The notes beneath the pieces are model-generated. The model did no database searches. It was not told the origin of the DNA and saw only the letters and a program-made list of their open reading frames with translations. From assembly GCA_000182565.2 (NCBI GenBank), contig KQ257460.1: DNA of 64,000 nucleotides; one strand, 5' to 3'. The translations under genes were made by a program, and so were the position numbers. This document shows positions 38,001-50,029 of the stretch, piece by piece. Source of the stretch: Spizellomyces punctatus DAOM BR117. Taxonomy: Eukaryota. The stretch's first letter is position 1. Every line of letters starts with the position of its first letter.

Positions 38001-38842
38001 GGGAAGATAAGAAAGATGATCCGGTAATTGCTAGGGAAGTTGCTTCCATTACGGACATGGTGAACGGTTTCAATCAGGTATAATCAAGTACGCGGAATAC
38101 AGAATATCAGGGATCTTACTCCCCGCATCTCATTTTAGGTGTCCTATTGGATCGCGACAGAGATTTGCACTCAACCAGAACTCAAGAATCGGGTGAAAGT
38201 AGTTGAGAAATGTATCAAAGTGGCATACCACTGCCGGGCGTTGAACAACTACAATACTTTGCTGGCAATAATATCGGGCTTGAATCTTTCTGCAGTGAGC
38301 CGACTTAAATCCACTTGGGAGGTGAGAAGTGCGACCCGTGGTTTTTCACATGGCTCAGTTCATTGCATCGTATTTAATTGTCCAAAACTTTTCAGGCGGT
38401 CGATCCAAAGCGCTTGAAACAATTGCAGGAGCTGGAACTTCTTCTAGCACCGCAAGGCAATTATCGTTCATATCGGCAGATACTTGACCAAATGGAGAAG
38501 GATCGAAATCCTCCCCCCTTCATCCCAATTCTGAGTCTTTTCATGAAGGATTTATTATTTATCAATGATGGAAACCCAAAGCGATTCGACAATGGACTCA
38601 TTAATTTTGGAAAGTTGCGAACGCTCCACAAGAGCATCTCTCGGTTCAGTGTCTACCAGCAAAATCCATATAATTTACCAGAGACCCCACAGAGCTTTGC
38701 CGTATACGAATTCTGCCGCAAGCTGCGGTGGCTAAATGAGGCAGCACTTTACAAGTACAGCTGCTTGTGTGAGATGAAAACAGGATCGGCCCAAGATACC
38801 ATACGACTGCGGGATAAATGGATGAATGAGGGGAAGCGATAG
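35018..38842 (+). CDS. Ras guanine-nucleotide exchange factor (Ser-rich N-terminus, PH-like domain, REM, CDC25 domain)
   Basis: GTLDKLIERL and FLLTYRHF (REM); LAHQLTILE, SYWIATEI, LNNYNTLLAIISGLNLSAVSRLKSTW, PFIPILSLFMKDLLFINDGN (CDC25); CWAASQDEMSAW (PH C-terminal helix). Start codon is approximate. Confidence 0.88.
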
Positions 38843-39013
38843 CAATACGCGCGACTAGTTGAGAGTGTACTTGATGATAATTAAATAACAAGTTGTATAT
38901 TCAAGTCAAAATAATGCAAAAACGAAAAAGAACACCACATCCGACACCCAATCCAACCTCATCCGGGAATCATTTTATGAGGACATGACATAAAAATATG
39001 TAGTCATTACCAA

Positions 39014-40824
39014 TTATTTGCCCTCGAACATCTTCTTAAGATGAGCCGTACTGAAGGACTTTGGCCTATAGACAAATCAACATTAGCACATTGACCACCC
39101 TGTCGATGGGAACAAGTTACGCTTACCGCTCAATAGGGAGACCCAGGGCACGGTCCCAGATGAGCCCATTCATGACACCCAAGGCGCGCGACACTCCAAA
39201 CAAGACAGTGTAGAAATCTTGCTCCACAAAGCCGAAGTGCTGGAGAAGAACACCACTATGGGCGTCAACGTTGGGCCATGGGTTCTTGGTCTTTCCGTGC
39301 TCGGTCAGAACTCCGGGAACAATGTTGTACAATTGGCTAACAAGCTTGAACATTGGATCGGTTGGAAGGTGTTTGAGAGCGAACTCGCGCTGGCAAGTGT
39401 AACGGGGGTCGGTCTTACGGAGCACAGCATGTCCGTATCCGGGAACAACCTGACCACTCTTCAAGGTTTTCCACAAAAACTCCTTGATCTCCTCATCGGT
39501 AGCATTGGGACCGACTTGCTCCCTCAATTTCAAAGTCCAACGAAGAACCTCCTGGTTCGCCAAACCGTGAAGAGGACCGGCCAACCCGTTCATACCAGCG
39601 GCGAAAGAAAGGTACGGGTCGGAGAGAGCACTTCCAACCAAGTGAGTGGCGTGAGCACTACACATCGAACGGTTATTAGACACCTAATATCCAATGCCAG
39701 ACGAAAGTTATTGAAGGTGACAAGTTACCTGACGTTACCTCCTTCGTGGTCAGAGTGAATAGTGAGGTAGAGACGCATGAGTTCGACGAACTTGGGGTCC
39801 TGGTAACCAAGAAGGTGGGCGAAGTTGGCACCCCAGTCAAGGTTGCGGTCAATCTCAGGAACCTTGCCATCCTTGAAAACGTTACGGTAGATGCGAGCTG
39901 CAATGTTGGGGAGCTTAGCAATCAAGTCGTTCGCGTCCTCGAAAGTGTAGTCCCAGTATTGAGTCTTAGGAACACCACTCTGGTAGGCTTTCGCAAAACT
40001 GCTCTCGTGCTGCAAAGCAGTGACAGCCAAGCTGAACTGGCTCATCGGGTGGAGGGTGTTGGGGCAACGATCAAGAAGGTCTTCCACGTACGAGGGGATA
40101 GCAGACCGGGCAGCCCAGTCGGCAGAGAGGGCCTTGACTTGTTCAGCAGTGGGGATCTCACCGGTCACCAAGAGCCAGAAAAGAGACTCCGGAAGAGGCT
40201 CCTCACCGCCCTCCGCTGCAGGGAGGAGCTTCTGGCACTCAGGAATAGTGTAACCACGGAAACGGATACCCTTTTATGGACAACACGCCAGGTAAGTTTA
40301 GACAAGAACGTACCGCCAAAAGCGCGTTCAACTAACCTCCTCGGCATCGAGAACGGAGCCTTCCCAAACAAGACCCTTGATACCACGCATACCACCGTAC
40401 ATCTGGTATTGACGAGAATCAGCATTCGTAAGGTCTCTGAACGTGACTCAATAAAACTTACCATGTCAACGGTGGTCTCACCCATAACCTTGTTGCCATA
40501 CTTGGCACGCACTTCCTTTACTTCCGCCTGCTTTTCGGGGATCAGCTCCTTCAGACGCTCCTTCAAGCTCTGTAGTCCACGGATCAACGACCTTTAGTTT
40601 ATCTGAAGACATCTTCTTGATATATTTTCATGCCAAAGCCATACCTGAGTCTTGGCAGTGGAATAGGCACGGACAGCGAACTGCCGGGAAAGAAGCTAAC
40701 ATGTAAGATGTGATAAGTAAGCACTGATAGGCACGATTCGCTGTCCCGCATCGCGGGGATCACACCGTTAGGGACATACCGACGAGGCCGCTGACACCTT
40801 TGGCAAAACACGAAGGGAAGCCAT
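39014..40824 (-). CDS. CIT1: Mitochondrial citrate synthase
   Basis: [50 protein letters not shown]-terminal presequence [15 protein letters not shown]. Confidence 0.97.
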
Positions 40825-41498
40825 TGTTTTGTGAATGATGGGAGAGTCGGTGATGGGAGACGACAAGCAACAAAGAGGAAAGAAGGCAGTCGGTTGATTC
40901 CCATCCGATTTTTCAATTTCCGGAAATTGCCGTCGCTCCGGTCACGTGAACATATGTGTCATCCCGTTGGTTGTCAAGGATGGATTTGGGGAAGGAAACA
41001 AACGTCCAAAGAGTTCCCGTCCTCCAAGATTACTTTTGCGGTGGATATTCTTTGGGCTCTTTACAGTGTTTGGGTTACTTGAATGCGCTCGAGTTCTCGT
41101 CAAGATCGGCTGGGACAGTATGATGTCCAGGTGTACTGATCGCCCTTTAACAGATGGAGTTTATGAATCCCCCATCAATACCATCGACGGGAAATATATC
41201 AACTGCAATAAAGACCAGGAGAATCGTTGGCCTTTCTTTTAACAACCAACCTGTCATTGGGGATGGTACTCCCTAATATAACGTACCGTCGTGATCTCAC
41301 ATGATCAGCCGCGTCGATAAATCAAGTATAACCCCCAAAATCTCAATTGGACACGGCCGACACTTAGACCGATTTACTTTAGACTATTTTCACAAATATT
41401 GCCGGGTATGTGACAAAGTATATATACAGAAAATATTATCCAATGCATAGAAAATACACCGCCTGTTTTTCTGCATTTTTAAAGCATGTTAAGTTAGT

Positions 41499-41837
41499 TT
41501 ATGATATGTTGAAAAGTAGAGGAATGTACAGCAACAAGCATCCATGTAGCACCTTCTTTGCATCCATTCTTGGTTGCCAAGCCTCCCCCTTGTTGAGAAG
41601 ATAGAGAATCACTTTGATTGTATCTTGATCTACTGTGGGAAAGGATGGTGCAGATAGGATGTAGAATTTGAGAGCATGGGAAGCGTGGTCGGCGAGTTGA
41701 TGGATGATGGCAATGTAATCTAGAAGCCATTGGTGGTAGATCTTGTTTGGCAGGGCTTTTGCAAAGGAAGTCTTGTTGCAGGTATGTAAGGTGGGTTTGT
41801 CGAGTTTTTTGAGTTTTTGCTTCTTTTTTGGTGGCAT
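41499..41837 (-). pseudogene. Fz1: Truncated Fanzor1 (TnpB/Cas12-related RNA-guided endonuclease), N-terminal ~105 aa, SpuFz1-like
   Basis: MPPKKKQKLKKLDKPTLHTCNKTSFAKALPNKIYHQWLLDYIAIIHQLADHASHALKFYILS...ILYLLNKGEAWQPR closely matches the N-terminus of Spizellomyces punctatus Fanzor1 as I recall it. It is intronless, starts with an NLS-like stretch, and homology stops at ~41520. Confidence 0.85.
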
Positions 41838-41966
41838 TGATGATATCTATGGAAAAAGATGAAAGCCTGGGAAAATGGGCATGATAACTTATATAGGATT
41901 TTTTGGATCAAACCATAGTTCATGAGTCTAAATCGAGTAAAATTATGATTAAATTGGTTGGAATCT

Positions 41967-41995
41967 GTGTACTAGTGCCCACTCCACCGACAGCA
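41967..41995. repeat. Candidate degenerate left terminal inverted repeat of the Fanzor transposon
   Basis: GTGTACTAGTGCCCACTCCACCG lies ~130 bp upstream of the Fanzor ATG and resembles my recollection of the Spu element end / omegaRNA scaffold 3' part (GTGCTAGTGCC...CCACCG), in the orientation expected for the left TIR. Confidence 0.5.
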
Positions 41996-42234
41996 TTTGG
42001 GAATTGCGGATTCACAGATTCTGAATCCACATGAATCCTGTGAATCCACATTTCAAGATTCGGAATTGGGCTTCCAAGAGTGACCGCCAAAGAGGAAGCC
42101 ACCATACCAGAACCCTCAAAAGAACTACGGGTGACATTGCAAACGCTTGGTTTCAGTATGATATGAGGTGCTAAGTAGCGCGCACTCCTCGCCTTAATGT
42201 CTTCCAGCATCAGGCGCACATCATCTCGTTGACA

Positions 42235-45200
42235 ATGAAGCCAACCAATGGAGGCCTACAGTGGTTGGGACTGCTCATCCTGATCGCTTCTATACAAGCA
42301 TCCCAGGTGGGGCGAATATTGGAAATGTTACCAGTGATCGGAGGGACTTGATCCTGAACCCTATATTGCGACTGTAGGCATCTTCACTAGTCTTGAACGA
42401 CCCCGCTGGCCTCGAAGAGCTCAATAGCGGTATTTTGCGAAAATCTACATTGCATGCTGTGGCTTTTCCTGACGTATGGGAGGTATGTGCAGCCCAATTT
42501 CAAAGTCACCGTCCTGAAGTAAGCCACGCAGTAATAAATATGACCGAAGAGCTTGGGTCCTTTCCCACATGGTTCTAGAGAGCTCGGAAATGATCCTCTT
42601 AGCGCTTACGGTGGATTTGAGAACTTGAGTTTTTCTTCCACGGATAGATATCCCTCGGAGCTTGCCGATGGAGGCTTCGTGCGATGGCGTCATGTGGAGA
42701 CAGGGCCAGATCAAACTGTACGGCTGTCATATCCGCAGATACGGTGGGAGTTTAACCAAAGGCCATTTGGTATGAGTAGCTTTGTAAGAAGATTGCAGCT
42801 TTTATGTGCAACTTGCTGATATGTAAGGACAGGTTGGGCTGCGTTGCAGCATGCCTCATATTTCCGGGGCAAATTCAACGTGCATGAAGAAGGGATTTAT
42901 TTGGTCGAATTTTCAGGGGTGGTATCTTTCAAGATAGATAACCGTGCATTTACTGGCAATGTATATGGATACACGCATGCGTCCCATTCTATTGTATATT
43001 TGTCCAAAGGCGAGCATATCTTATATGTGTACGCTGTCATTGATGTTCGTATATCAGGCGGGTAGGCATCTGTGCTCAGGTTTTGGACGTGCTCGATCTG
43101 GTACAGGACTTACTTGTATTCTGCGCATAGTACGATACCGCCGGAGCTTCGTTTTCGTGGAAGTCTTAAAAAAGCGGAAATAAACCAAGAGAACCATGGC
43201 CTTATCCATTTTGAGAACGATGCAGTGATCCCTGAAGTAATGGGGACGGAACTTATATCGCCTTTTGCATCAGTTGCTATCATGAACGCCAATATCACTA
43301 CACCCGCGGAAAGACCCTTGACTCGGCAGCAAAGTCGTGATATGACCGGGTGGGTGCAAGTGACCAGCGTACACGCAACATTATCTGATGGCACAGAAGT
43401 GGGTGATCGACTGTTCATCGATAAAAAAAAATGATGCCATGCCGTCTGATCTTTCTTTCCTTCTTGATAGGTCAATGCAACTCTTCCGGTGCATTTTAGC
43501 ATCAAGATAGCCCCTGGGCAAATCATGGCAGTTCCCTTGAATTTGAGTATAGGCGCTATTCCTCCAGACCTCGCACCTTCTATGAGAATCGAGCTGGACT
43601 GCATTAGGCTAGATGACAACGAGCGCTTCTCGCTGCTATTGGGCCCCTTCACTTTTCACAGACGACAATGGAGCGATGTCTACAAGATAACCTTTCTGGA
43701 CTATGACTTTTCTGTTCATTATGCGATGGCACGTCCACCTAAGAAGGCCTGCGCAGATAGACAGACGAAATGTCCGATAGTCTTGGCGCTCCATGGGTAT
43801 GTCGTACTGGGTCTGTCTTGGTTCTCATTCAAATCTTTATGGTCTTGAATCTTTTCTACCCTTACAGTGCGGGAGTAGAGGCATCATCGGAATTCTGGAC
43901 CAATGCATACCGACAACAGGAAAATGCCTGGGTAGGGAGAGCAGAGGCTTCAGACACCAAGGCGTTAAACCAATTCTCACGGCCATTAGGTCTTATACCC
44001 CACCGGCAGAACTCCATGGGGGTTCGATTGGCATGGCCCATCTTTTCGCAATATAGAGTATGCATTAGATGCGTTGCACCTACTGCCTGGAGTTCCCGCC
44101 GAAAAACAAAAAAGCCTTGCCATCAATCGAAATAAGCTTATATACGCTGGCCACAGTAATGGAGCACAAGGAGCGTGGTGGCTCGCAAGTCATTTTCCCG
44201 ACAAAGCGCTGGCGGGTATGACCCCATACAAACACTGTGTATCTCAAGATTCACACTGAACGTTCCGAACATAGCGGTTCCTGCTTCGGGATATATGAAA
44301 ATCCAATTTTATGCTCCATATTTTATGCGTGTAGGCGATTCATATGCGGATCCTCTACTTCGTGGCATATTAGATGCCAGCATTGCTGAGCATGACATAG
44401 ACTTATATGCAGCAAACATGGTAATTGGAGTCTGTGACGTGCACTTTTTAAACTCGCCGTTTAGCGCTCATGCTGCTTAAAGGGAGGGCTACCAGTGTTA
44501 GCACGTCATGGAGCTCTCGATGACAATGTTCCTCCATTGCATTCTCGACGTTTGATACGCCTTGGGAATGAGTGGAATCGAAACCCGATATCGTGGGAGT
44601 ATGTAAAATACGTACTTCTGGCGTGGCTATCATAACTCAATTCTTTGCATTCTCTGATATAGTTTATCGGAGATTCCCGCTCAGGGACACTGGTTTGAAG
44701 GAGTTGCAAACGATAACACCATGCAAGAGTTCATCGACAAGCATTTGAATATCACGGCGGATCCTGAATTGAGTCCTCCCCCGCTACCGGAGGCATTCTC
44801 ACTCAATACACTCAACCCTGCGTCAACGGGATCCAAGGGAGGAATCCGGATACTTCAACTAGAAGTGCCATTTCGGTAGAGTGGCATATGCTCATGCGGA
44901 GCCAGAACTGTAGTCCTCATAATGTTTTATAGCCTTGGTACCATCCGAGTCCATCGCGTTCAAAATCAGTGGCATCTCAACACTAGTAATATTAGGCGAT
45001 TCGGGTTTGTGCGTGACCCCAGACAGGAAGGTATAGAGAGCTGGTCCGTTGATGGCACAGACTTCAATAAGCCGCCGTCCGTATCCGGACCATCGTACGC
45101 AAGATTGGATCCGGACAGTTCTTGGAAGGTTTGTCGCTGGCTGATTGCGGGTAGGACGTGAAGATCACTGACGTTGGACATGTACAGGAGGAAAACGATC

Positions 45201-46096
45201 TTCTGTGGATCAGCCAAGAGAGGCATCCCAGCACGTACGGCCCCATCTCCAGTGTGCGCGATATCACAGTTTCCTGTGACATTTGTATCATCATAGACTA
45301 AGAGTTTTACTTTCAGGCACTGAACCATCCATTCATCATTGTCGTACCTTCAAACCCGGCACAAAACGAGGATCTCTATAGAGAGGCCGCACAACACATT
45401 GCGCTCTCATGGTACATATATTCGCGGGGCGTGACTCAGATCGTTCGGGATATAGACGTGCTAGACGGGATTGCGGCGCGGTACAATTTGATTGTTCTCG
45501 GCGGACCTGCAGACAACGCTTATACGCGAAGGAGGGAGAATGAGGGTGGCGCTAATATGGGTAATGACACTCCAGCTAGCGATTGCCAGCCGCACCATTA
45601 ACGCTCAAGCATAGTGAAATTTCGACCGGCGGGGGGATTTCAGATAGATAAACGCAAGTACGAATCTCCTGGAACAGGTATCTCCAAGATGTGTGGTTGT
45701 ACCAGCTTAAGTAAGATCTGACCTAAAGATGAATTGACGCCCATAAAGGCATTATCTTCCTCGCACCAAGTCCAATTCGAACACGGGTGGCCGTCTTCAT
45801 TGCGGGGACCGACAAGGATGGCATTTTACGCGCTGCGTGGTCACTTCCCTTCCGAACTGGATTACAGATACCAGATTATCTCGTTGTAGGAGATGAGTAC
45901 GGCGATCCGCATGTATGTTTGTTTGCCTGAGTGGCATGGTTAGGGGCGATACTGACCATCGTTGCAGACAGGATGGACAGCGCGCGATGGCGCCCCATTT
46001 GGCGGTGCGGGTACAAAGGGCGCTGGTGGGGTGTTGGCGGCTGGATACTGGAATAACACCTGGGACTGGGATCCTAGATGTGGTTATCTCAAATGA
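42235..46096 (+). CDS. Secreted alpha/beta-hydrolase (peptidase S9/esterase-like, ARB_06907-like), multi-exon
   Basis: Signal-peptide-like MKPTNGGLQWLGLLILIASIQA; IVLALHG|AGVEA; nucleophile elbow AGHSNGAQGAWW; ARHGALDDNVP; GHWF; C-terminus AAGYWNNTW. Confidence 0.8.
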
Positions 46097-46246
46097 GCTG
46101 AATCAAAGTTTCGCTGCCTGGAATTGTAACTATGAATATAAGGTCCATGATATCTGCGTATATGTTTCTTCACGGTATTATGGAGGAGGTTTATGCAAAG
46201 TAATATTGAGCCCAATGAGAGTATCCTGATTCTAATGAGGGGCTCT

Positions 46247-47180
46247 CTACAAATCCGCACGGACACGGAATCCTGGACCGGTCGGCTCCCCCCTCAAAGT
46301 TGTCAACTCCCCATGGGGCTCACAGTTTTGACGTCCAGACTGAGGGCCCGCCTTTGGCACATTGCCCTTCTTCAATTCGTCGAGAATTTTAATGGTCGTC
46401 TCGGAAGTCAAGTCCTCCTGCAGAAGATAAGATTTGAGTTCTGTTCACGAATGCATTCTAGCACAACAGGAAGAAGACCTACATAGTAATCGTCGTTGAC
46501 CGCAAGCACTGGGGCGTTGACACATGCACCAGCACACTCCACCTCCACCAAAGTAAACAGTTTATCGTCGGTCGTTTGCCCAGGCTTGATTCCCAAGTGA
46601 TTTTGAATGGTTTCCAAAATACTGTCGGAGCCACAGAGCTGACACGGAGTTGTGGTGCACAGCTGCAAGAAATACTTCCCAACGGGTTGCCTGTGCGCGA
46701 CCAGTTGAATTAGTTTTCTGCCATCGGCGGTTGACGCTGTCCACGAACCTGTTAAACATCGTGTAGAAAGTGGCGACCTCGTATACTCGCATTGGAGGGA
46801 CTTCAAGGAGATTCGCCACATAGTTCATTGTCGAGATACTAGTCCATCCATTCTGCCGTTGAGCCAAGTCAAGAAGCGGGATGGTGGCGGCCTTCTTATA
46901 TTGCGGAGGATACTTCTTTATGATTTCCTTTGCCCGTTTAAGATTCTCAGGGGTGAACTCGAAGGGTATGGTCGCGTTGTTATCTGTACTGTCACGGTGC
47001 TGTGTGCAATAAAATAGATGAGATGCAACCGAGTTCCTCCCATTCTTCATTTCCACTACAAACCACGAAGAGTGCATCCGATCTCGCCACCGAAGTATTA
47101 GAGATGGTTCGCACTGATTGCGCCGCCAGTGAGCGAGGTCTTGCCAAGGGGACCAGCCGTCGCGACAGAATTCGCAGCAT
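46247..47180 (-). CDS. NDUFV2: NADH:ubiquinone oxidoreductase 24 kDa subunit
   Basis: [58 protein letters not shown] (2Fe-2S ligands). Confidence 0.97.
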
Positions 47181-47270
47181 GTTTTGACAAGACTTGGAAA
47201 TGCAAGACCTGAAAATGGAGAGGTCCTCGCTCTCCTCTGGTTCGTTTGCCCCCCGCAATTCTTTGTGGTA

Positions 47271-47278
47271 TCACGTGA
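47271..47278. promoter_or_regulatory. Palindromic E-box TCACGTGA in the ~150-bp NDUFV2/Ssr4 bidirectional promoter
   Basis: Exact motif between divergent ATGs at 47180 and 47334. The same core recurs in five other promoters in the window. Confidence 0.55.
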
Positions 47279-47333
47279 GCAAAGGTGTTTAACGCGGCAT
47301 TGCAACGCAACCGCGAGATCAACCTCAACGGTA

Positions 47334-48856
47334 ATGTTCAAGAAACTCACTACCAATTTTGCTCCTCAACGGGGAGCGCCGCTAAGTCCGGATCGAGCAG
47401 CAGAGATACTGCACAAAGCAGCCTCACTAGTAGACCAAACGTCTTTCGAATGGATTATTGTAGACAAGCCCGTTGGTAATGTTCTGGGGATAGATCATTA
47501 ATTACTTAGAAAAAGGGTTCTAAATAATGCGTACGCAAGCAGACGGTTCCATCTTTGTGTTTCAACTTCATCCTTCAGAACCCCTCCCTGAGGATGGATA
47601 TGGTGAGCTTGAGGTCAATATAGTTACGTCATGGCACGGCATGCAAACAGTACCTCAATACAGGGTGGATGGACGATGAAGCCGCGTTTCGCACTATTGT
47701 CGTCGACAAGGTATGGTGTTATGTCTTTACAATTAATGGAACCTGTGATGAACTACTTCTTCCTGCAGGAAATGGAAATTATATCCCGAAGCCAAGGCTT
47801 CGGCTACGGGGATAAAGTCGCCCACATGTATGTTACCCTGACACTGATAATATGTGGCATAATGTTAATTATTTGTTCTATAATATTATAGGACACGAAG
47901 ACGCTACCGCTTGGTCCACTCTGACCTTCAGCTAATGCATTATCTCCAAATGCCTGATCCCGCCCGACATGTGCCAGTCCATCCGCAGCTCATCAAGGCC
48001 CCTCCCCGCGATCCCGCGACTTTACCTAATCTCACTGCTCGTGGCCCACCGCCTCCACAAATGGTACCACCGTATGGAATGGCACAGAGAGGGATGGCTG
48101 GTGCGGATCCCGCACATTATAAACATCTTGGTCATCGCAAACGTGGTCGGGTAAGTCACCATGTTGATGACCGTTGGGTTTTCGCACTTAATTATTGATA
48201 ATAGATAAAGACGTCAATGCAACCTCGCGCTTTTCTAGAAGACGATCACGATCCGTCTGGGGGTACACATCTGATAGTGCAGTACCTCTGATGTCCCATC
48301 TATCGCTATAGCTAATGCTGTGTCCATAATAACAGACGAGTTAGATGGATCAGTAAGCCGTGCGGTGGCATTGGAAAGATACAAGCGGAACCACGAGTTC
48401 ATTGACATGATATTTTCACCGTACCCCATTGGTGAATGGTCTCCCTCTCTCTATTAACATAGTTTGTGTTCCTAACAACTTAATTGCGCATAGCATCCAT
48501 AATCCCTCCCCAAATAATATCGGACACGAGTGCCGACCGTCTAGAAGGTCTAAAGCGCCAGCAGGTGAGGAAGTGGAGGTCCTCTGCCGTCGTTTCAAGC
48601 GATGGTCTCATCCAACTGGAGTAGGTTGAAGTCGGTGAGGAGATGGGTAAACTTGCTCGGTCGAATGCAGACGAGATCAAAGAGTTTCAAGAGAAGTCTA
48701 AGAAGCTAAGTAAAGCTATTGATGTGATAAAGCATGCCAAGTCACTGCAGGTTTGTTCCTCAAGCACGCGCAAAACAAGTCGTTTCAAAGCATGCTCATA
48801 TTTCCGTTCTTCAGGAGTTGGATGCTTTGGAAGCTGGGACAACAGCGGAGCTTTGA
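47334..48856 (+). CDS. SWI/SNF and RSC complex subunit Ssr4-like (DUF1750)
   Basis: [15 protein letters not shown]...EDGY, GFGYGD..AH..RRRYRL...LMHY and C-terminal DELD...[17 protein letters not shown] match the fungal Ssr4 pattern from memory. Confidence 0.7.
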
Positions 48857-49029
48857 GCTCTGGTGAAACTCTCGACTACCTTTATATTTCGAAACTGTAG
48901 GAGCTCGCTTTAATCGGCCAGATACCCCAATCTGGTGGCTTAATTGTACATACTAGCCTGAACAACGAACACAAACTGTCTGATATTTTACACCGCCGTT
49001 CTCTTCATGACACAACGACCAATCGCTAG

Positions 49030-49835
49030 TCACATGGCGACACCATACCCTTCAAAATTTCTCAGTATGATGCCCACTTCCACATGCACCTTTCCCATTG
49101 AGCATGTCGTTAGCCTGAATCGATCCGACGGAGTATGTACCATGTCGGGATTTTTGAGTGCCGGTGAGGAATTGAGAAAATATGCTGCAGGTTGGGTCGT
49201 GTCAGCAATCGTGTAGCGCCTCATTCTGGTACAGGTAAACTAGGCAATACTTACACCATACTTCGTCCCAGAAAGATGTAACAGGCCGCCATGTCACAAT
49301 ATCTAGAGCGTGCTCGCCAGGTGTGGTTGGGATATGTACGAACCCGTACCCATCTAACATGACAAAACTGTCAATTGGCGCCTCATGTAGTAAAGAAACT
49401 GAAATCCGAAATATACATAGTTCGTTCCGTCCAAAAGAATCTCGCCGAAAAACTTGAACTTGGAGCTTTGGCCATCCCGTCACGCTTTTCGTCGCGTAGT
49501 GGATGTCTTCAAACGGACCCCATCCTTCTGTTAGATTCAAACCATTACCTACACCAATTGAACCTCCAGGCTACCTATTGGATGGCTCCAGACTGTAAAT
49601 CTATCATCCTAAAAGTTTCAAATTTAAGCAAAATCCATTATTAAAGCAGCGAAACCTTACATGCGCTACGGCACTTGATGCAAACCTCTGGTACATCCAC
49701 CTGCGTCAACCCCTCGGTTGCTCCTTCGAGGATTTTCCACCCATCACCGGCTATGACCCTCCATTTGCAACACAGCTCTGGGCGCGGAAAGTTGGATGCA
49801 CCTACAAGGGAGCCGATAATATGCAGTTCTGCCAT
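49030..49835 (-). CDS. B9D2: B9 domain protein 2 (ciliary transition zone, MKS module)
   Basis: MAELHIIGSLVGASNF...CKW...[50 protein letters not shown]. Confidence 0.93.
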
Positions 49836-50029
49836 GACGTCCAGAAAGCACACTTGTTGAATTACGCGAATGCTGGACGCGGTCGCCTTGGGCGGGTCCG
49901 TTACATAATCCACGATCGTGGGGTACAATTCTTGAAAGCGATGCAGATGTAAACGAGCCAGAAGCAAACATTATTGGAAACTACCAAGATTCATATAATG
50001 ATATGACAAACTCCATTTTATTCAACGAC

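Noticed and set aside
39746-40597. Long + strand ORFs opposite citrate synthase (and similar ones opposite TRA1 and MOB1)
   Set aside because: These are shadow ORFs caused by codon bias of the real genes on the opposite strand.
41240-41500. Fanzor omegaRNA or right end downstream of the truncated ORF
   Set aside because: I found no reverse complement of the left-end motif and no RuvC-coding fragment in the frames I could read. The 3' part appears deleted.
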